Shown here: positions 58,308 through 64,000 of the stretch, one piece after another
Numbering within the stretch: the stretch's first letter is position 1
Layout: every line of letters starts with the position of its first letter
Source of the DNA: Candidatus Geohabitans tengchongensis
GTDB lineage: Bacteria; Sysuimicrobiota; Sysuimicrobiia; Sysuimicrobiales; Humicultoraceae
Length of the DNA: 64,000 nt
Assembly: GCA_031459625.1 (NCBI GenBank)
Contig: JAVKIH010000008.1
Span: forward strand, 1-64,000
Direction of reading: 5' to 3'
The notes under the pieces: generated by a model
The model's input: only the letters and a program-made list of their open reading frames with translations
Databases searched by the model: none
Told to the model about the DNA's origin: nothing
Made by a program: the position numbers and the translations under genes

Positions 58308-59431
58308 GCTGGCAGCGGCTGGTGAGCATCGTCCGCAAGGAGGTGGCCCAGCTCCTCCGCGACCGCCGCACCCTGGGGAGCATGATCAGCCTCCCCGTCA
58401 TCCAGCTGGTGCTCTTCGGCTACCTGAGCAGCCAGGTGCTGCACCAGCCGACGGTGGTGTGGGACCAGTCGACCTCGGCGGAGAGCCGCGCGCTCATCCA
58501 GGCCTTCGAGAACACGCGCTACTTCACGGTGCGCTACGCTGCCCGCACCCTCCCCGAGGTCGAGCGGCGCCTGGACGCCGGCCAGGCCCGGGTGGGGGTG
58601 GTGATCCCGCCCGACTACGCCCGGCGCGTGCGGGCGGGGGAGCCGGCGCAGGTGATGGTGGTGGTGGACGCCTCCGACGCCACCAGCGCCCAGGTCCTGA
58701 TGTCCGTGGCCGCGGGCGTCGGGGCGCGTCTTGCCCAGGATCTCACCGCGCGGGCCCTGGCCCGCCGCGGCCAGCGCCCGCCGGCACCGCCCGTGGAGGT
58801 GCGCACGCGCGCCTGGTACAACCCGAACCTGGAGAGCCGGGTCTTCATCGTCCCCGGGGTGCTGGGGTTGATCATGATGTTCACGACCACCTTCATGACG
58901 ATGGGGACCATCGTGCGGGAGCGCGAGCTGGGGACGCTGGAGCAGATCGTCGTCACGCCGCTGCGCCCCGCCGAGCTGATGCTGGGCAAGATCCTCCCGC
59001 TGGTCGCTCTCGGCTACCTGAACCTGACCTTCATCCTGGTGCTGGCCTGGCTCTGGTTCGGCGTGGCCGTGCGGGGCAGCCTCGTCCTGCTCTACGCGGT
59101 CACCCTGGCGTTCTTCTTCTCGTCGCTGGGGGTGGGCGTCCTCATCTCCACCGTCTCCCGGACGTTCAACCAGGCGACCCAGCTGGCCCAGCTCGTCCTG
59201 CTGCCCAGCATCCTCCTCTCGGGCTTCCTCTTCCCGCGCGAGTCGCTCCCTCTGCTGCTGCAGTGGATCGGCTACGGCGTCCCGCTCACCTACTTCATCA
59301 CCGTGCTGCGGGGGATCATCGTGAAGGGAGCGGGGCTCGCCGACCTCTGGCCGCAGATCCTGGCCCTGGTGGGGCTCGGGAGCCTCGTCTTCACCCTGGC
59401 CATCGTACGCTTCCAGAAGCGGGTCGACTGA
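58304..59431 (+). CDS. ABC-2 type permease (YbhR/S-like)
   Basis: RERELGTLEQ..VTP, LSGF.FP. Confidence 0.92.
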   Translation: MSWQRLVSIVRKEVAQLLRDRRTLGSMISLPVIQLVLFGYLSSQVLHQPTVVWDQSTSAESRALIQAFENTRYFTVRYAARTLPEVERRLDAGQARVGVVIPPDYARRVRAGEPAQVMVVVDASDATSAQVLMSVAAGVGARLAQDLTARALARRGQRPPAPPVEVRTRAWYNPNLESRVFIVPGVLGLIMMFTTTFMTMGTIVRERELGTLEQIVVTPLRPAELMLGKILPLVALGYLNLTFILVLAWLWFGVAVRGSLVLLYAVTLAFFFSSLGVGVLISTVSRTFNQATQLAQLVLLPSILLSGFLFPRESLPLLLQWIGYGVPLTYFITVLRGIIVKGAGLADLWPQILALVGLGSLVFTLAIVRFQKRVD

Positions 59432-59818
59432 CGATTCACCTTCATCGAGCTGTGCACCGCAGGTTGAGCCCAGCTGGACGTCGGCCTGATCCGGGGGGCG
59501 CAGCGGACGGGCCGGGGAATCCCCTCCCTCGTCATCCCCGGACGCTCCTCCGGCCACCGGAGGGCGGCATGGCTCTCCACGGCGCGCTGGGGGCCGGCCC
59601 GGGAGGACACGGAGACAATGGGCGGGCGTCCCACCCGACCCCGCAGTAGGCGCTCCCGGACGGCTCCGGCGCTCCAGAATGGTCAGGTGCTGGCGGAGCG
59701 CGGACCTGGAGGGGGGAAGGGTTGACGATCGGTTCCCTCTCCCCGGGGAGAAGGACCATGGAAGAGGGGCAGGCCATCCGGCGTTGAGACAGGGGAAGTG
59801 AGGGAGGAGGGGAGAGAC

Positions 59819-60796
59819 ATGGAGACGGGCCCGGCACGGCACCTCGGCGGGATCCACCACGTCACCGCCATCGCGGGGCACCCGCAGGAGAACGTGGACT
59901 TCTACATGGGGCTCCTGGGGATGCGCCTCGTGAAGCGCTCGGTGAACCAGGACGACCCGCAGACCTACCACCTCTTCTACGCCGATGGGGTGGGCAGCCC
60001 GGGCACCGACCTGACCTTCTTCGCCTGGCCCGGCGGGCCGGTGGGGCGCCGCGGCGCGGGGCAGGCCATCAGCGTGGCGCTGGCGATCCCACAGGGGGCG
60101 GTGGCCTTCTGGCTGCGCCGGTTGACCGAGGCCGGGATCACCGTGGAAGGGCCGACGCCGCGCGGGGCAGAAGAAGCCCTCGCCTTTGCCGACCCGCACG
60201 GCCTGGCGCTCGAGCTAGTGGCCGGGCCCGACACGGGCGAGCGCGATCCCTGGGTGCCCTGGACCGCCGGTCCCGTCCCGGTGGAGTACGCCATCCGCGG
60301 CATCCACCGCGTCACCCTGGCGGTGGCGCGGTTGGAGCCGACGCGCGCCTTCCTGGAGTCGCCGCTGCGCTTCCGTCTCCTGGAAGAAGGGGACGGCCGC
60401 CTGCGCTTCGCCACCGGGCCCGGCGGTTCAGGAGCGCAGGTGGAGGTGGTGCGCGCCACGGGATGGGGACGCATCGCCGTCGGCACCGTGCACCACGTGG
60501 CCTGGCGCACGCCCGACGACGCTGCGCACCAGGCCTGGCAGCGGGAGCTGCACGGACTGGGGGTGGGCGTGACCCCCATCATCGACCGCTTCTGGTTCCG
60601 CTCGATCTACTTCCGCGAGCCCGGTGGGGTGCTCTTCGAAATCGCCACCGACGGTCCGGGGTTTGCGGTGGACGAGGCGGTGGAGCGCCTCGGCGAGCAC
60701 CTGGTCCTGCCCCCCTGGCTCGAACCCGAGCGGGCGCAGATCGAGCAGGCTCTCCTCCCGATCCGGCTGCCGGTGCCGGCGCCGGGGCGCGCATGA
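59819..60796 (+). CDS. Ring-cleaving dioxygenase (MhqO/LinE-like, VOC fold)
   Basis: GIHHVTAI, VNQDDP.TYHLFY, GTVHHVAW, FEIATDGPGF. Confidence 0.92.
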   Translation: METGPARHLGGIHHVTAIAGHPQENVDFYMGLLGMRLVKRSVNQDDPQTYHLFYADGVGSPGTDLTFFAWPGGPVGRRGAGQAISVALAIPQGAVAFWLRRLTEAGITVEGPTPRGAEEALAFADPHGLALELVAGPDTGERDPWVPWTAGPVPVEYAIRGIHRVTLAVARLEPTRAFLESPLRFRLLEEGDGRLRFATGPGGSGAQVEVVRATGWGRIAVGTVHHVAWRTPDDAAHQAWQRELHGLGVGVTPIIDRFWFRSIYFREPGGVLFEIATDGPGFAVDEAVERLGEHLVLPPWLEPERAQIEQALLPIRLPVPAPGRA

Positions 60797-61098
60797 GGGA
60801 ATCGACAAAGGGCAAAGACGTCGGTCCCACGACGGCCCCGTCGGAGGCGTTGGGATTCGTCCTGCCCCTGGGCTTTGACCCGCGCCGCGTGGTGGCGGCC
60901 AGCTACCCGAACGGCGCCAACATCTGCGCCGGCCGGCACGATCCCCTGGTCCCTATCGAGCTGGCCGAGCGCCTGGCCGACCTCCTGCGCCACGCCGGCG
61001 CCCACCTCACGCTCCTCTGGAACGAGGTGGGCCACGGGCTGACCGCGGCAGAGATCGCCGCCGCGCGTGCGTGGCCGGCGGAGGCGGTGCCTTCGTGA
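60793..61098 (+). pseudogene. Degenerate alpha/beta hydrolase (MhqD-like) remnant
   Basis: SYPNGANI in place of GYSNGANI, fused directly to AGRHDPLVP..GHGL; only about 100 aa. Confidence 0.7.
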
Positions 61099-61964
61099 GC
61101 GGGCGCCGGGCCCCTGCTCCAGCTCCCGCGCCAGCCGCGCTGCGGCCCTTCGGGCCGACCGGCCGCGACGTTCCGGTCATCGGCCAGGGGACATGGATGA
61201 TGGAGCGCACGCCGCGCGCCTCCGTCACCGCGCTGCGGCGCGGCCTCGACCTGGGGCTCACCCACATCGACACGGCGGAGTCCTACGGGCGCGGCGCGGT
61301 GGAGGAGCTGGTGGGCCGGGCCATCGCCGGGCGGCGCGCCGAGGTCTTCCTGGTCTCGAAGGTCCACCCCCGCCACGCCTCGCGCGCGGGGACCGTGGCC
61401 GCCTGCGAGCGCAGTCTGCGCCGGCTGGGGACCGACTACCTGGACGTCTACCTGCTGCACTGGCCCAGCGACCACCCGCTGGAGGAGACCGTCGCCGGGT
61501 TCGAGCACCTGGTGCGGGCGGGGAAGATCCGGGCCTGGGGGGTCTCCAACTTCGACGAGGAGCTGCTGGAGGAGGTGGTGCACCTGGCCGGGCCGGGGCG
61601 CGTCGCCTGCAACCAGGTGTACTACGCCCTGGAGGAACGGGCGGTGGAGCACTTCGTCCTGCCGGCCTGCGCGCGCCACGGGATCGCGCTGGTGGGCTAC
61701 AGCCCCTTCGGGCAGGGCCGCTTCCGCTCCCACCCGGTGCTGGAGGCGGTGGCCCGCGCCCGGGGCGCCACGCCCCGGCAGGTGGCGCTGGCCTTCCTCA
61801 CGCGCCACCCGCACGCCTTCACGATTCCGAAGGCGGCACAGGTGGCGCACGTGGAGGAGAACGCCGGCGCGCTGGGGCTGCGCCTCACCGACGAGGAGGT
61901 GGCGCGCATCGACGCCACCTTCCCGGTGGGTCCGCCCCGCCCCGGCGACGTGCCGGTTCTGTGA
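61095..61964 (+). CDS. Aldo/keto reductase (YeaE-like)
   Basis: IGQGTW, IDTAESY, DVYLLHWP, GVSNF, YSPF, IPKA. Confidence 0.92.
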   Translation: MSGRRAPAPAPAPAALRPFGPTGRDVPVIGQGTWMMERTPRASVTALRRGLDLGLTHIDTAESYGRGAVEELVGRAIAGRRAEVFLVSKVHPRHASRAGTVAACERSLRRLGTDYLDVYLLHWPSDHPLEETVAGFEHLVRAGKIRAWGVSNFDEELLEEVVHLAGPGRVACNQVYYALEERAVEHFVLPACARHGIALVGYSPFGQGRFRSHPVLEAVARARGATPRQVALAFLTRHPHAFTIPKAAQVAHVEENAGALGLRLTDEEVARIDATFPVGPPRPGDVPVL

Positions 61965-62001
61965 CGCGAAGCGCGGTGACCGGTCTCGAGGGTGGACAGC
62001 G

Positions 62002-62712
62002 ATGGTCCGCAGCAGGACGGAGCCAGCCAGGCGAGCCTTCACCAGGGTGTCATACCTGAGGAGTAGGGTCGGGCTCGTACGGGCGGCACTCCTGCTCCTC
62101 CTCGGCGCCCTCCTGGCGACCGGACCGGGGAGCGTGGTCCCCGCCTCCGCTGCGGCGCCGACCGTCCAGCGCTACGTCATCGTCCCGGAGGAGTCCGAGG
62201 TGCTCTACCGGGTCGGCGAAGTGCTCTTCCGGGAGGGCAACCGCTTCAACGTGGCTGTGGGGCGGACGAACGCCGTGCGCGGCGAGGTGCTCATCGACCG
62301 GGCGAGGCCGCGCAACAGCCGCATCGGGCCCATTACGGTGGACATCAGCACCTTCCGCTCCGACCGGGAGCGGCGCGACCAGGCGATCCGCGAGCGCTGG
62401 CTGGAGTCGGCACGCTTCCCCACCGCGACTTTCACCTCGACCGCCATCGAGGGGCTCCCCCAGACCTACGAGGAGGGACAGGAGCTGACCGTGCAAGTCA
62501 CCGGTGACCTGCGCGTGCGCGACGTCACGCGGCGGACCACCTTCGCCACGGTCGTGACGCTCTCCCGGGGTGTCCTGCGCGGCACCGCCACCACCACGGT
62601 GCGGATGACCGACTTCGGCTTCGACCCCCCCGTGATCCTGGGGATCCTCCGCGCCGAGAACGAGGTGCGGCTGGAGTTCCGGTTCACGGCGCGACCGGCA
62701 AATGGTAACTGA
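62002..62712 (+). CDS. YceI family protein
   Basis: SEVLYRV.E, RSD..RRD, FP.ATF, GDL.VR, TDFG; start uncertain. Confidence 0.85.
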   Translation: MVRSRTEPARRAFTRVSYLRSRVGLVRAALLLLLGALLATGPGSVVPASAAAPTVQRYVIVPEESEVLYRVGEVLFREGNRFNVAVGRTNAVRGEVLIDRARPRNSRIGPITVDISTFRSDRERRDQAIRERWLESARFPTATFTSTAIEGLPQTYEEGQELTVQVTGDLRVRDVTRRTTFATVVTLSRGVLRGTATTTVRMTDFGFDPPVILGILRAENEVRLEFRFTARPANGN

Positions 62713-62734
62713 GGTGCCGGGAGGGGTGAGGGGC

Positions 62735-63239
62735 ATGGGCGCGGTCTGCTTCCTCCGGTGGGTGACGACGCTCCTCGTCGCCCTCGCCCTCGGCCTCTCC
62801 CCCTCGCTGGCACCGGCCGCCTCCGCCCCCACCCTCGACGAGCGCGCCGTCTACGAGCGGGCCGCGCCCGCCGTGGTCGTAGTGCGCGCCGTCGCCGACG
62901 GGCGCAGCGGGGTCGGCACCGGTTTTCTCGTCGACCCCGGAGCGCAGCGCGCCGGCCGGGCTCCCGCCGGGACGGAGGCGCTGGTCCTGACCGCCGCACA
63001 CGTGGTGCGGGGCGCAGAACGGCTGCTCGTGGAGTTCCCGGAGGACCGTGCGCTGCCGGCGGAGCTGGTGGGCTACGACGCCCGGCGCGACGTGGCGCTC
63101 CTGCGCATCTACACCCGAGCGGCCGCTCCCGGCGCTCCCCCTGGCCTCGACGGCGGGGCTGCGGCCGGGTGAGCCGGTGCTCGTCATCGGCACGCCGCGC
63201 GGCCGCCCCGGTGTCCCCGGGACCACCAGTCCCTGCTGA
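62735..63239 (+). pseudogene. Frameshifted, truncated trypsin-like (S1C/HtrA) serine protease
   Basis: GTGF, LTAAHVV, DVALL; frame change near 63110 continues LPALPL..LRPGEPVLVIGTP, then stop; no catalytic GxSGG. Confidence 0.75.
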
Positions 63240-63324
63240 CGTGGACCACGAAGATATGTCCTTGTCATCACCTTGCTCGTTGTCGTCGCGCCGCAGGCGA
63301 AGACGTGACGAAAGGAGGGAGGCC

Positions 63325-64000
63325 ATGACCGACCTGGAACGGTACATCCTCGAGGAGTGGCGGGAAGACTACCAGGCGGGGCGCCTGCCGCGCCGGGAGT
63401 TCCTGCGCCGCGTGGCGGTCTTCAGCGGCGGGACGGCGCTCGCCGCCACGGTGCTGGCCCAGCTCGGCATCGTCTTCACCCCCGGCGAGCTGGCCGAGGC
63501 GGCCGCCGCGCCCTCGCCAGCCGAACCGGCGGCGCCCGGGGGCACGGTGCCGCCCACCGACCCGGCCATCACCGTCCGCAACGTCTCCTTCCCGTCGGGG
63601 ACGGTCACCGTCCTGGGCTACCTGGCCCTGCCGCGCACCGGGACGCCGGCGCCCGGCGTGGTCGTCGTCCACGAGAACCGCGGCCTCGTCGAGCACATCA
63701 AGGACGTCGCCCGCCGCCTGGCCAAGGCCGGGTACGTCGCCCTGGCGCCGGACCTGGCCTCGGCGGAGGGCGGCACGGAGCGCTATACCGACCCGGCCCA
63801 GGTGACGGCGATCCTCGGGCGCACCCCGCCGGACCAGCTCGTGGCCATGCTCAACGCGGCGGTGCGCCACCTGCAGGGACTGCCCGAGGTGCGACGCGAC
63901 CGCATCGGGGCGATCGGCTTCTGCTTCGGCGGCGGGATGGTGTGGCGGCTCATCACCCAGAACCCCGACGTGCGCGCCGCGGCGCCCTTCTACGGTCCAT
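63325..64000 (+). CDS. Dienelactone hydrolase family with twin-Arg-like N-terminus (partial)
   Basis: GGAGG SD; RREFLRR, HENRGL, APDL, GFCFGG, PFYG. Confidence 0.9.
   Translation, partial: MTDLERYILEEWREDYQAGRLPRREFLRRVAVFSGGTALAATVLAQLGIVFTPGELAEAAAAPSPAEPAAPGGTVPPTDPAITVRNVSFPSGTVTVLGYLALPRTGTPAPGVVVVHENRGLVEHIKDVARRLAKAGYVALAPDLASAEGGTERYTDPAQVTAILGRTPPDQLVAMLNAAVRHLQGLPEVRRDRIGAIGFCFGGGMVWRLITQNPDVRAAAPFYGP

Noticed and set aside
59432..59810. Long intergenic region as an ncRNA or riboswitch
   Set aside because: No recognisable conserved motif or convincing structure by eye.

Overview
Very GC-rich bacterial chromosomal segment of mostly metabolic and transport genes: SolA-like oxidase, S8 protease, class III aminotransferase, ALDH, sugar/polyamine-like/peptide/amino-acid ABC systems, galactokinase, RlmD, SLT, a TolC-TetR-HlyD-ABC efflux operon, and tRNA-Val(GAC) followed by an integrase remnant. 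Several decayed genes are present. The standout is a minus-strand unit at about 13190-14492. It consists of a leader with a PyrR-type binding hairpin and an intrinsic terminator, then a catalytic-domain-only Asp/Asn-tRNA-synthetase paralogue, then a 9-residue ORF MNNNNNNNN with a strong SD. This suggests a pyrimidine-regulated, poly-Asn-peptide-dependent route to dihydroorotate (inference). All family calls come from recognising motifs by eye; no database searches were run, and many start codons are best estimates.
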